A DNA stretch of 64,000 bases from positions 1 through 64,000 of the IMG/VR virus record IMGVR_UViG_3300037067_002413. The stretch is one strand, 5' to 3'. The stretch's first letter is position 1; each line of letters opens with the position of its first letter. A model generated the notes under the pieces. It had not been told where the DNA came from. It saw only the letters and a list, made by a program, of their open reading frames with translations, and ran no database searches. Both the position numbers and the translations under genes were made by a program. Source of the stretch: a virus (taxonomy: Duplodnaviria > Caudoviricetes). Below, piece after piece: positions 1 to 10,690 of the stretch.

Positions 1-56
1 GGCGGCGGGTTGCGGGCGGGTTGCGGGCGGGTTGCGGGCGGGTTGCGGGCGGGTTG
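1..56. repeat. 11-bp tandem repeat GGGCGGGTTGC (~5 copies), G-quadruplex-capable
   Basis: Units read directly at 4-13, 14-24, 25-35, 36-46, 47-56. Confidence 0.95.
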
Positions 57-89
57 ACTATGGGCCAGCATAGAGGGCGGCGGAGTATC

Positions 90-172
90 GGACAGGACGG
101 CAGGACAGGACGGCAGGACAGGACGGCAGGACAGGACGGCAGGACAGGACGGCAGGACAGGACGGCAGGACA
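90..172. repeat. 13-bp tandem repeat GGACAGGACGGCA (6 full copies plus a partial)
   Basis: Exact copies start at 90, 103, 116, 129, 142, 155; partial GGACA at 168. Confidence 0.95.
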
Positions 173-1050
173 TATCCCACCCTTATTAGGCTATTGAGTA
201 TAGCAATAGGTGGCAACAATAGAACGGGCTGCAATAATCATTACTAAGTTACTTATGATACTGACATTATCAATTGGCATGACGCGATAGGAAGACATGC
301 CTACCCTTATTGGTATATTCATTATGGCAATAGGTGGTATAGTATGCGAGCATTGTTGCCCTTCCCTGATACGCTGATACAATTCGATGATAATGACTAA
401 AATTGACATAACTTATTACAGACTACAGACTTGCGACAATAAATAGCCATGATACGGGAGGGGTGGCTATATTACTGTGATATATTCACCTATATCTGAT
501 TTTACGAAAATAAATATAATATATGATAATTATCATATTATCAGAGTATCAGGACAGGCAGGAATAACACGCGCGCGGTTACACTTGCCGGAATTAGGGA
601 GTTTAATGTCTGTTCTGGCTGTTATTATTATAACAAATAGACTGCCTACCCCTCTTATTGCTGCGCTTTGTTGACTAGGGTATAGGCTAGTCGAGTCTCC
701 GCCGCCCTTGCTTCCTGCCCTCTTGCTTGCCCTTGCTTGTCGAGTCTGTAGCAAAGCAGGGTAGGCAGGGGCAAGGATACGCAACACGTTGCAGATTGCA
801 GACTTGAAACAAGAGGAAACACCCATTGCCCTATGCTTGTATCATTGTATGGGCAAGCATTGTTGCCCGATAATGTCTACCCATACTATAGAGAAACAAG
901 CATTTCCGCCGGTCCGGCATTCCGAGAATGACGGTTGACCGGGTGGGGTCAATTTTTCCGATTGTGCCGAATGCCCGGACCCCGCCAATGCCCTGCCCTA
1001 TCGAATCTGGCCGGCGTCTGAAAATAGGGCTGCCGCGTCAAATAGCACTG

Positions 1051-1136
1051 CCTCCAACATGCAGTGCTGATTGTTGATTGCCGCGATGTTGCCGCTCCTC
1101 CAACATGCAGTGCTGGTTGTCGATCGCTGCCATGTT
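1051..1136. repeat. Imperfect 40-bp direct repeat, period 46
   Basis: CCTCCAACATGCAGTGCTG at 1051 and 1097, each followed by RTTGTYGATYGCYGCSATGTT. Confidence 0.85.
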
Positions 1137-1203
1137 CACTACGTAGTGAAAAACTTCGATGACCCCATATTGACTAAGTTTTCTGCACGACTAGAATGGG
1201 GGA

Positions 1204-1881
1204 ATGCTCGTACTCCGCGACTGGAAAACGCCGGCGTCCTTCTACCCGGAAGCCAGCCTGGGCAATGCACGGATCAAGACCCTCCGCTATCGGGGAATCT
1301 ATGCTGCCTATGGTCTCCGTGGGCACCACTATTATAGAGCAATCAATCTGCCAGTCAGAACCTTGGCGATCGACGGCAAAACGTGGATGGTCGATGATCC
1401 CCCTCATTGGTGGGCGATGCAAAACCATGCCACTTTCTACCACGGCCACGTTCTGGTGGCCGGCCTTGGCCTCGGACTGATCGTCCACACGCTCCATGCC
1501 AATCCCGAGGTCGAAAAGATCACGGTCATCGAACGAGAGAAGGACGTGATCGGTCTAATCTCACCCCTACTCCCGAGGGGAAAGGTGAAAATCGAGCATG
1601 GCGACTTCTGGGATTGGAGCGGTAGGGTGGATGGTGTATTCTTTGACCTGTTCGTCGGGGGCGGACATGCTCTATTCCTGGAAGCCTTGAGAACCTACGT
1701 CCAACTCTTGGAACAATTTCCGCGTCCTATTCGTATTCATGGATTCAACAATGACAACTTCGACAAACTTGGTGAAGAGATTTCGGCGGGGCGACCTCGT
1801 GTTGACGGACGACGGCTATTACGGGATAATAGTCACGGAGGACTCAGTGCTTCTGGGAAACGGCTGCGAGGAGATTCTTGA
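1204..1881 (+). CDS. Class I SAM-dependent methyltransferase / spermidine synthase-like protein
   Basis: Motif I VLVAGLGLG, acidic ITVIERE, GDFW, VFFDLF. Confidence 0.7.
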   Translation: MLVLRDWKTPASFYPEASLGNARIKTLRYRGIYAAYGLRGHHYYRAINLPVRTLAIDGKTWMVDDPPHWWAMQNHATFYHGHVLVAGLGLGLIVHTLHANPEVEKITVIEREKDVIGLISPLLPRGKVKIEHGDFWDWSGRVDGVFFDLFVGGGHALFLEALRTYVQLLEQFPRPIRIHGFNNDNFDKLGEEISAGRPRVDGRRLLRDNSHGGLSASGKRLRGDS

Positions 1882-2042
1882 CGACTTGCAGATTAGCAGG
1901 TTGAAGCAGTTGCCCATCAACGTCAGTTTCGATTGCGGCGTCAGCAATTTCCTTGAATTGATTGAGAACCGAACACTTTGTCAGGAGATCAATAATCGAC
2001 GCCGGTGTGTAGAAAAGATTCGGGCAGATAGGAGTAACGTAA

Positions 2043-2261
2043 ATGAGCGTTGTTGAAACTGGCGTCTATCAGCATTTCAAGGGAACTCTGTATTATGTGG
2101 CTGGAACTGCTGAGCACAGCGAGACGCACGAGAAGTTGGTGATTTATTTTAGCCTTGAAGATCGAAAACTATGGGTCCGGCCGCTGGCCATGTTTACGGA
2201 AACCGTCGAGTATTGTGGACAACAGGTGCCTCGCTTTCAACCAATGAAAACAAATGGGTAA
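2043..2261 (+). CDS. DUF1653-family protein
   Basis: YQHFKG..YYV...AEHSET.EKLVIY...LWVRPL.MF...VPRF signature. Confidence 0.85.
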   Translation: MSVVETGVYQHFKGTLYYVAGTAEHSETHEKLVIYFSLEDRKLWVRPLAMFTETVEYCGQQVPRFQPMKTNG

Positions 2262-2565
2262 GATTCACATTACGCAATGCCTCTGTCCTGAACGTCATGC
2301 TATTTCTGGAATCGTGTGGATGGAACCGAGGTTCACGCCAGAATCAGCCATCGCGTACTTGAAGGAAATGATGGAACACTACTTCAAGTCCGGCGCGATC
2401 AATGGTTGGTGTGGGATTTGTCAGAGCCGCGATCTGCATTACGAAGACGGAGTGACGAAGTTCACTTCGATCAATGAGGCGGTGCCCGAGATCGCCGCGT
2501 GTCAGATTCGGCAGAAGATGTCGAGAGACGCGATCGACAGGATGACCGCATACCAGAGGAACTGA
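2254..2565 (+). CDS. Hypothetical Cys-containing protein, paralog of 2729-3031
   Basis: HITQCLCP...C.IC.SRD.HYED shared with the downstream ORF. Confidence 0.75.
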   Translation: MGKIHITQCLCPERHAISGIVWMEPRFTPESAIAYLKEMMEHYFKSGAINGWCGICQSRDLHYEDGVTKFTSINEAVPEIAACQIRQKMSRDAIDRMTAYQRN

Positions 2566-2728
2566 TGGTGGTAACGCACGACAACGGCGAATTGTTCTGG
2601 GTTGAGGGATCAAATGTGTCCCTCGCTCGACACTGTGACCTAGAACGGTGGAAGGATTTGCCGGTTGAGTGGAAGTTGGCCGTCTTGGCACTTGGATGCA
2701 AGGCAATGGAAGAGGAATTGAAGAACTG

Positions 2729-3031
2729 ATGGTTCATATAACGCAATGTCTCTGTCCTGACTGCCACAATGTTTCTGCAATTGTATGGGAGGAGCCAGCG
2801 TTCACCACGCCCGACATGGCTATCGTGTACTTGAAAAGCATCATTGACCTTTTCCTGGACTTGGGGTTGAAAAGTATTTCTTGCAGCATTTGTCATAGTC
2901 GTGATTTTCATTATGAAGATAGCGTCACGAGATTTGCATCCCTCCAGGATACGCTTGGAATCAGCGCAGACCATCCATTTCAGATGGTGACGAGAAAAAT
3001 GGTGGACAAAATAGCATACCGAGGGAACTAA
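2729..3031 (+). CDS. Hypothetical Cys-containing protein, paralog of 2254-2565
   Basis: Same motif set; ATG overlaps the upstream stop codon. Confidence 0.75.
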   Translation: MVHITQCLCPDCHNVSAIVWEEPAFTTPDMAIVYLKSIIDLFLDLGLKSISCSICHSRDFHYEDSVTRFASLQDTLGISADHPFQMVTRKMVDKIAYRGN

Positions 3032-3328
3032 ATGATCTACACGAATCCCGATGGTACAGTGGTTTATGTTGAGGTTGGTGAAGGAACCAAGATTGGAAAA
3101 AATGTCACGATCGAGGAATCCGTGGAGATTGGAAAGAACGTCACAATTTGCGATGGCGTCTACATTGGTGAATGTGCTGTCATTGAGGACAACACCGTCA
3201 TTGGGGCCGACGCTTTGATTAGTTCGTATTCCCATTTGCTGGAAGGATCGGCCATCAGGCGTGGCGAATGCGTGGATTACGACGATACCATTCCTGATGA
3301 AGACCAATTCGATGACGAGGAAGAATAA
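3032..3328 (+). CDS. Hexapeptide-repeat (left-handed beta-helix) protein
   Basis: Repeats VGEGTK IGKNVT IEESVE IGKNVT ICDGVY IGECAV IEDNTV IGADAL. Confidence 0.85.
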   Translation: MIYTNPDGTVVYVEVGEGTKIGKNVTIEESVEIGKNVTICDGVYIGECAVIEDNTVIGADALISSYSHLLEGSAIRRGECVDYDDTIPDEDQFDDEEE

Positions 3329-4320
3329 TGCACCACCGAATTGATTTGACAGGTCTTCGTTTTGACACGTTCGTCGTGGTAGAGCCGGCACCAAATCAAA
3401 ACGGGATTACTGCATGGCATTGCCGGTGTGACTGCGGAATTGAGCAAGATATTCCAACCAGGAACTTGCGCAACAATGAGGGATTTCGTTGTTCCTGTCA
3501 GAAGATAAAATTGATTCAATTCAATGGCGAATCTTTTACTCTAAAAGAATGGGCTGATCGTCTCGGTATTTCTACAACCACGTTGCGGTATAGACTACAG
3601 AAGATGAGTAAAGAACGCGCCTTGACTATGCCAAATTGGCTAACCAATGCTCGCTCGCGCACCGTGACGGTCGGCGATATTACTTTGAGCATCAACGATT
3701 GGGCATGGCGACTTGGAGTTGACAAGCAAGTAATCTATAAGCGTATTCGCGTCGGAACATTTATTTTGACGCCAGAGGGAAAATTGAAAGACGATCGAGT
3801 AGGAGGAAAATTTCTATTAGATTTAACTGGTAAACGTGTTGGGACATGGCTCATACTTCACCCATTGCCAACCCGGAATAATCAAAGAAGATGGTGTTGT
3901 CAATGTGACTGCGGCGTAGAAAGGGAAATCGGGTCAAGGCAGTTGCGCCTTGGTAAGGCTCCTCTTTGTTGTAATTGCAGCGGAGGAGTTGAAGATGCCA
4001 ACGTGAACGGAGGATTAGTGACTATCGGCGATGTGTCGTTGACGAGAAAACAATGGGCACAAAAGTTGGGCATCAGCTATTACACAATAAAGCAGCGACT
4101 CTGGCGGGGCTGGACTATCGAAGAGGCTTTGACTCTGCCGTTGCTAGATTCACGACACCGCATTCATCGGTGCCGAAAGGTTACGATCGGAAAAGTTACA
4201 TTGAGTCTAAGTGGCTGGGCAGAAAAACTTGGCATAGCAAGAAGCACAATCAAGATCATGTTCAAGAATGGCGACTTGCAAAAGATTTCTGACATGATTG
4301 AGAGGGAAAGAGTAGCATGA
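3328..4320 (+). CDS. Repeat DNA-binding protein built from homing-endonuclease-associated modules
   Basis: Two DLTG.R...W.C.CDCG Zn modules and four TL..WA..LG HTH-like repeats; no nuclease motif seen. Confidence 0.65.
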   Translation: MHHRIDLTGLRFDTFVVVEPAPNQNGITAWHCRCDCGIEQDIPTRNLRNNEGFRCSCQKIKLIQFNGESFTLKEWADRLGISTTTLRYRLQKMSKERALTMPNWLTNARSRTVTVGDITLSINDWAWRLGVDKQVIYKRIRVGTFILTPEGKLKDDRVGGKFLLDLTGKRVGTWLILHPLPTRNNQRRWCCQCDCGVEREIGSRQLRLGKAPLCCNCSGGVEDANVNGGLVTIGDVSLTRKQWAQKLGISYYTIKQRLWRGWTIEEALTLPLLDSRHRIHRCRKVTIGKVTLSLSGWAEKLGIARSTIKIMFKNGDLQKISDMIERERVA

Positions 4321-4661
4321 AAGCAATCGTTGTAACGTCTGATACTATCGAGTTCCAGGACATCGCCGACTTGCATCAGGCGATCGGAGGCTACCTAGAA
4401 GCCCTGAGCGTCGGCGAGAACTTCATTTGCTTCATTGATGAAGAAGGGAAGATGAAAGGACTCCGATTTAATCAACCTGCAACTGACATTATTCAGGCAA
4501 TGCTCGCCAAACGCGGACGATCCATGTTGCCCGGCGACGTGATTGCGGGCAAGGCGATATTCGTCGGCGTAGACGGGGAGAACGAAGGGGACATTCCCCG
4601 AGAGGTCGTCGAGGAATACTTCCCCGACATGCTGGATTTTTGGGCGACTACCAAGAAATAG
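4317..4661 (+). CDS. DUF3846-family protein
   Basis: L.QAIGGYLE...IDEEGK.KGL.FN..AT...D.IAG.AIFVG. Confidence 0.8.
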   Translation: MKAIVVTSDTIEFQDIADLHQAIGGYLEALSVGENFICFIDEEGKMKGLRFNQPATDIIQAMLAKRGRSMLPGDVIAGKAIFVGVDGENEGDIPREVVEEYFPDMLDFWATTKK

Positions 4662-4691
4662 GTACTGACGCGGCCAATCCCCGAGGAATCC

Positions 4692-5192
4692 ATGCAAAGA
4701 AAACTGACTATGTTGGAACTGCTTAGGGAGGAACTGACTAAGGAGGAACAGGATAAACGCAGTAAAGCAATAAAGGCCGGCTTGGAGAAGGCCAGGGAAC
4801 AAGGAAAAATACTTGGTGCCGCTCATCCAGGGCATTGGAAAGGTCGTCGTGAACGAGGATTCAGGAAGGCAGCGAAGGCATCGGCAATTGCACGAACTAA
4901 TAGGGCAAGAGAACACTACAAGGTGATGATTGAGTTGATTGTGAAATGGCAGGCTCAGGGAATCATACTTGAGATTATTGCCGATCGTCTTAATCGTCAA
5001 GGGTTTCTAACGCTGGGTGGCTGCCCTTTTACTCAGCCTGCTGTGTCTTCTGTTTTTCGATTGATGGGTAGAAAACCTGTTCGATTTTTACGCATACGGC
5101 GTATTTGCGTCAAGTGCCACGAGTCATATCGGGTTTCACGGAAAAAATGGGTAAGTAAGCGTTGCCCTAGTTGTCGTGAGGAAGGGAAATGA
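4692..5192 (+). CDS. Truncated serine-recombinase paralog (C-terminal DNA-binding and Zn regions only)
   Basis: GKILGAAHPGHWKG and PFTQPAVSSV match 10691-11569; no catalytic YxRxS domain. Confidence 0.75.
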   Translation: MQRKLTMLELLREELTKEEQDKRSKAIKAGLEKAREQGKILGAAHPGHWKGRRERGFRKAAKASAIARTNRAREHYKVMIELIVKWQAQGIILEIIADRLNRQGFLTLGGCPFTQPAVSSVFRLMGRKPVRFLRIRRICVKCHESYRVSRKKWVSKRCPSCREEGK

Positions 5193-6935
5193 ACAGAGTG
5201 GATCATTTCTATTCGATCTGGCATCGGCCGGCCGGCGAGAAGCCTGGCTTCGGGGCAAGGGTGGCTAGGGCGAATGTGCAAAACTTCATACGGTATAGTG
5301 GCATCATTGCAACGGTCGTGGAAGAAGCGCATCAAGTCGGCATGATGGAACGCATCGACACGTTGGTTGAACATGCCGAAAACTGTCCCTGTCTCGAATG
5401 TACCGGCGTCGAACCTTCGCTCGTGCCATACGAACTTGACCCGTTGGATTATTATCGGGCCATAATTGACCACGGCGGCGGGATTATCACGTTGGGTGAG
5501 GGGCTTGGCGTCTTGATTGGTCCAGATTATACTTACACTCCGGCCGGGTGGCTTTACGTTCCGATTGGATCGGTCACCACGCCAGAACAATTGAAACACT
5601 GGGTCGATGCCGTCCGCACGGGGCGGTCGGATTGGCCTAGCAAGGAGGTATTACGATGATTCAACTTGGTGCAAAGGTGAAGGATTGCGTAAGCGGCTTC
5701 GAGGGAGTCGCTGTGTCACGATATGAGGCGTGGAAAGGTGCTACGCTTTATTTCGTCCAGGCGGAGACCCTCAATAGTGAAGGCAAGGTCGTCGAACATC
5801 AGTTCGAGGAAGGCCGGCTTACGGCAGTCAAGGAATCCAAAACGCGGGCTGCATAGTGTAGCCCGAGGAGGGAGCCGTCAGGGGCAAAGCCCCGCCCCTG
5901 GCGGCGACTTTTTAGGAAATAAAATGGCTTGTCCAACATGCGATCACACGATGCAGAGTATCGAGGATGCCTGGTGGTGTCCGCGATGTGGCACGTTGAA
6001 ATTGAAACATAGAGACGATCCCGGAGGAACGTATGTTCCGTGGATCGTTGAGCGAACAAAGATTTTTATTTCGTATCCAACAGACCTCAGTAAAATTAAC
6101 CTTCAAGAATGCTTTTTGGAAAAGGAGACATTGACTGAACGGGAGATTCGACGAATGCTGGCAGACAGGGAGATGCCACCCTATAAAGACGATTATCGAG
6201 CATCCGGGGACGCCGAATGCCCTGTGTGCGGATACCTGATTCGATTGCATCCGTTGGATAAGGAATTGTTGAGCTACGACAAGCAACCGTTTTTGCATGT
6301 GCTTTGCAACGGCGATCGGGTCAAGACATGAATGATCTCAAGAAACTTGTGGCCTATATGCGAGCGGAAGCCGACTTGTTTCCGTTCGACCCGCTTAAAC
6401 CTGTTGCTTGGAAGAAAAAGTTGAAAAAGGTGAAGTCGCATCAGCATCGAGTCAAGATCGACGACTATACAGTGATCGTTACTCTGACCCGCGATCGTTT
6501 ACCTGGAGTTCTTAACTGCCATGAGTTTTACCATTTGTCGTTGGGCAACGACCAAGGTGATCCTAGATTGATTCCGAAGCGAGTTGTTTGGCGTTTGCGT
6601 CAAGCGTTTGTTCCTAACGGAATGGAAATGCCAAGTAAATTGGGAAACTGTTTACAATTCGTCGAACCCTGTCCTGATGAAAGCAACTGATGAAAGCAAC
6701 TATCAACATCACGAAATGCAAACCGAAGACTTTTATGAATCTGCATACCGAGTTGGGCAGTGCGGATATTGACGGTCGAAAAGTTCGTTTCTGCCAATCC
6801 CTGAACGGTCTATGCTTCTGGTTGTCGGTCGATGATGAATTGTACCAGTTGAAGACAGAAGAGTTGATGAACGCTGTGTTGAACGTCGTGATGTCGGCAA
6901 GGAGATCGGGGATACCATGCGAAGTAGAAAAGTAA
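5189..6935 (+). CDS. Run of small phage hypothetical genes (5189-5659, 5656-5856, 5924-6331, 6328-6690, 6690-6935)
   Basis: Overlapping start/stop junctions; CxxC motifs in 5924-6331. Confidence 0.6.
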
Positions 6936-7089
6936 GACGACTCAGCGACTCCGAACGCGAGAAACTTTGCGACTTGTTCGCCAAGTGCGGCGAGGGCGAT
7001 CTGCTTGACTTCATTCGACAGATTAAAATTGAAGCGAAGCGACTTGGCATACCAGAACAGGAAATCATTGAATCCTATATGGGGCAACC

Positions 7090-7644
7090 GTGATTGACAG
7101 AACCGGAATCAAATACGGAAGGTGGACTGCTCTGCATTGCTTGGGATACCGTAAGACTGCATTGTACTGGATGTGCCAATGCGAATGCGGTCGTAAGCGA
7201 GCGATCAACGTGAGCAACTTGAGCGGATACACATCGCAGTGCATCGAGTGTGCGAGAGCTAAAGCAAAAGAGGAAGCAAAGCGTCGGCGCGAGGGACGAC
7301 TGGCGAACTGTCCGCGAGCATATTGGATTTGGTTTCGACTTCGCAGTAAGATGATTCGGCGATGGCAGACGTTCGACGTTTTCATTAAGGACTTGGGGCC
7401 GTGCCCGGACGGCGGATGTTTGCGACGATCCAATCGTCGCAGATATGGTCCAAGCAATTCGTATTGGCAACTTCCAATTGACTGTTTGCCGGCTCGATTA
7501 GCAAAACAATTGGAGAAAAAGAAAACTCGAAACGGAGCAATGGTGGAAGCGGTACTCGTGCATCATGTGTCTCAATCTGATTTGCATCGACGACTTCGTA
7601 TCAGCCGTGAACGTGTGCGTCAAATCGTAAGGAAGCCAAGATGA
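7090..7644 (+). CDS. Degenerate HNH homing-endonuclease-like protein with C-terminal HTH
   Basis: DRTG.KYGRW...WMCQCECG; W.TF..F..DLGP.P....L.R.N...YGP.N. Confidence 0.6.
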   Translation: MIDRTGIKYGRWTALHCLGYRKTALYWMCQCECGRKRAINVSNLSGYTSQCIECARAKAKEEAKRRREGRLANCPRAYWIWFRLRSKMIRRWQTFDVFIKDLGPCPDGGCLRRSNRRRYGPSNSYWQLPIDCLPARLAKQLEKKKTRNGAMVEAVLVHHVSQSDLHRRLRISRERVRQIVRKPR

Positions 7645-10240
7645 AATGTCCAGTTTGCGATCTGGAAATTGAGAAGGAAAACGAGCAAGTGCATCATTTG
7701 GAACGGTGCCATCCAGACTTCTTGGAGAAGAGATGGGAGGAGGCTGGCTTGGACAAGTTGGAAATCACCAAACAATTCATCACGATTTCGTCCGACCTCA
7801 TGCCGCTCGAAGCCGTGGTCGATTCCTGTTTGCGAATGTCAACGTGGATCAATATCTCGATTGTTCCAGATCGTGGAGTCCGAGTCCACTTGAAACCTAA
7901 CGATGGCAGCATGGTTGACGGGTATGGCTGCACGTTGTATTCCGCGTTGTGTTTGACTTTGGACAAAATGAGGTATGCAAAATGAAACGTCGTGTAGCGC
8001 GAAAGATTCTGAAACGGGTCAAGCACGAAACTAGGTTGGTTGCCAATTGCATCTTGTACTTAAACAGACCCAGCACCTATAAAGCCGGCACCGTGCATCG
8101 GGCCGAGGTCACGCTTGGTTTGTTCAATCTCGAACCCAAAGACCTTTCGTTGTGGGGACTTCTCGATCTAACAACCAACACTTGGCTGGGCACCAGGGAT
8201 CAACCGTTCACTTATGATGACGAAAAAACCGCCAGGGCGTCGAGGCAGATTATTGCGGCGAGGATTCCTTGCTCGCCGCTTAGGATAAGCGTTGAGCCGT
8301 TCACGTCTGCAACGAAGAAACTGGACGACATTGTGCCGGAGAATACGTTGGACGAAGCACTTGATTTAATCGAACAGCGAGGATATTAAAATGCAATTGA
8401 AAAAGAAGTGGCAAAGAAAGTTTGTTGAATCAATGATCGAGAAAAATAAAAGCAGGAAGAGGGTGACTTTAGATACGCCTCCACTAACTGTTGTTGCTTA
8501 TGATTGGGAGAGGAACTTGGGCAATCCTTTAACTCAATACCCAGATTTTTATATCTACACTCTTCTTTATATGGGTCGGGTTCGAGGTAGTCCCAATAGG
8601 TGTTTGGTAATTGACCGAGAAGGAAAATCATATTGGCCAATTTTTGCTAACGACTTCTTTGTGGTAGAAGAGGAGGTATGGTAAATGCGACACATTGTTC
8701 CCTATGACGAAGCGAACGTGGCAACCGATCAACCCTGGCTCACGCCCGAGGATCATGCTGCTGCAAGTGCCATCAATACGGTCTACCTGCAACAGAGACA
8801 CGAGGATATGGAACAATGGATGGTAGAGCATTTGGAAGAAAGGGCATCAGACGGGGACCAGGAAGCCATCTCAAAACTGTGGCCGTTCTGCCATTATATT
8901 CTCACCACTGATTTCCGAATCGTGCAGGAACCGAATTGTGTTCGCTGGGGAATCTTCCTGGAGCGCGGATTGCATCGTGTCATCGACAGGACGGATATTT
9001 GTGCCGGCGTAGAACGTGATCGAGAGTATAGGTCTAACTCCTGGGCTGCACAACAGCGTCATAAACGCAAGCATCCGAATGCACCGAGGTTCAAGATCGA
9101 AGAGACCTATGTTTCGACTGTATTTATTGGCACGGGCGACGAAGAATTGTTCGAGACGATGATTTTTGGCGGATGGCTCGACATGATTCGCTGGAAAACT
9201 TCCACCCTTGAATCGGCAAAGAAGGCGCACTGGTCTGCCGTCACCCTGGCTCATCTGCTCAAACGATACATAAAGCGTCATGGCAAATCGGTTCGGAAAG
9301 ATTGGATTCGACTTGACCGTTTTTGGGAACTGGCACGTAAGCGTGACGCACAATGGGTTCTGAAACACATTGATACGTTGATGAAAATTGACGGTCGCCT
9401 GGGTAGGGTGCCGGGGCATCCTGTGATTCCACAAGCGGATCAGTTTGTGGAATTGGCTCAGCAATTTGTAGCACGACGGGGGATTCCAGCATGAATTGTG
9501 CCTGTGGAAAGCCGCTTCATTATCAAAATCACGAGTTGGAAGGTCTTATTGAGCGCATGTCGGCGCGTTTTGGACCCGAAGTTGTGGTAGAAATCGGGGA
9601 TAAGAGCTATTTGGTGCAACGCCACTACATTGCGTTGCATGGTCTAAAGGCAAAAGAGGCTGAAAGTCTAGCAGATCAAGGAATCATAAGGAGACCGTGA
9701 TGTTGTACGACGATGGTGACAGACTTCGGATCGAGGGCAGCCAAGACGAATTGCTTCGTGGCGATATGTCGCCCGAGGATTGGGCGCGTATTCCCTTGAT
9801 GTGGAAGGCGCAGTTGTTGACGATCACGATCGAGAAGCCGGCCGGCATGTTCGTCAACCTTTGCCCGGCATGTGAGTATTGCGGCGAGCCGGTTCTTCCG
9901 AATGAGCAACGGGCACCAGTCTTGAATGTGATTATGCACTTTGAGTGTGGGTTCCGAATGGTCGGCGGGAGCGTCGGTCATCAGCAGAAACACTGCCATT
10001 GCTACGGAAAAACAGACACCAGCGAGTTCGGAATGAGTAAAAGAGAGGCAGCGAGGAACTCTTTGACCTTTTTTCGGAGTCAAAATGAAAGAATATCTCG
10101 GTGATGCCGTGTATGTTGATGTTGTCGATGGCACGTTTAAGCTCACGACGGAAGATGGCGTGAGCGCGAGCAACACCATCTATCTTGAGCCGGCTGTTCT
10201 TGCCGCGCTCGTGAAGTACGCTGAGCGAATTATGGGTTGA
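7641..10240 (+). CDS. Run of phage hypothetical genes (7641-7985, 7982-8389, 8391-8684, 8685-9494, 9491-9700, 9697-10104, 10085-10240)
   Basis: Tightly packed, translationally coupled ORFs. Confidence 0.6.
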
Positions 10241-10284
10241 TTTTGGCGCGGCGATTTTCGGCATCATTGCTTTTCTAAAAGCAA

Positions 10285-10315
10285 ACGGGCCGCCCGGCTA
10301 ACCGGGACGGCCCGT
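10285..10315 (-). terminator. GC-rich hairpin, probable intrinsic terminator
   Basis: ACGGGCCG-CCCGG ctaa CCGGG-a-CGGCCCGT with a T-rich tail on the minus strand. Confidence 0.55.
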
Positions 10316-10619
10316 CGCACGCGGTCAGGTTTTAATCAGCCGCACTGCCTCGTGAGCAACGTAGGTAGCGACGTGTCCACTCTTTGCCATTGCACCGGCG
10401 GATAAATGGATACGATTGCTTCCTCCAGAAGCGAGAACGAGGACGTTTCATGGGTCTCTCCTGTGAAAAGTGGGATGAAAATCAAACCTTACTTTCGTTT
10501 TATCAGAAATTCTGAGCCTAGAAAGGCTTAGATGCCTCATTTTTGGCGTGTTTTTAGCAAATTTTAGACTTTGCGTCAGCAAAATCGTTATCAACGGCAA
10601 AGTCTAGTGCGAAATTTGC

Positions 10620-10647
10620 TTGACAAGGAAAACGATTGGTGTAAGAT
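10620..10647 (+). promoter_or_regulatory. Sigma70-like promoter of the recombinase gene
   Basis: TTGACA-N16-TAAGAT upstream of ATG 10691. Confidence 0.6.
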
Positions 10648-10690
10648 TGAGATATAGGAAACAATGTGGCAGCATTGAGGTATAAAAATT

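Noticed and set aside
1-172. Terminal repeats as a CRISPR array
   Set aside because: Head-to-tail tandem repeats without spacers
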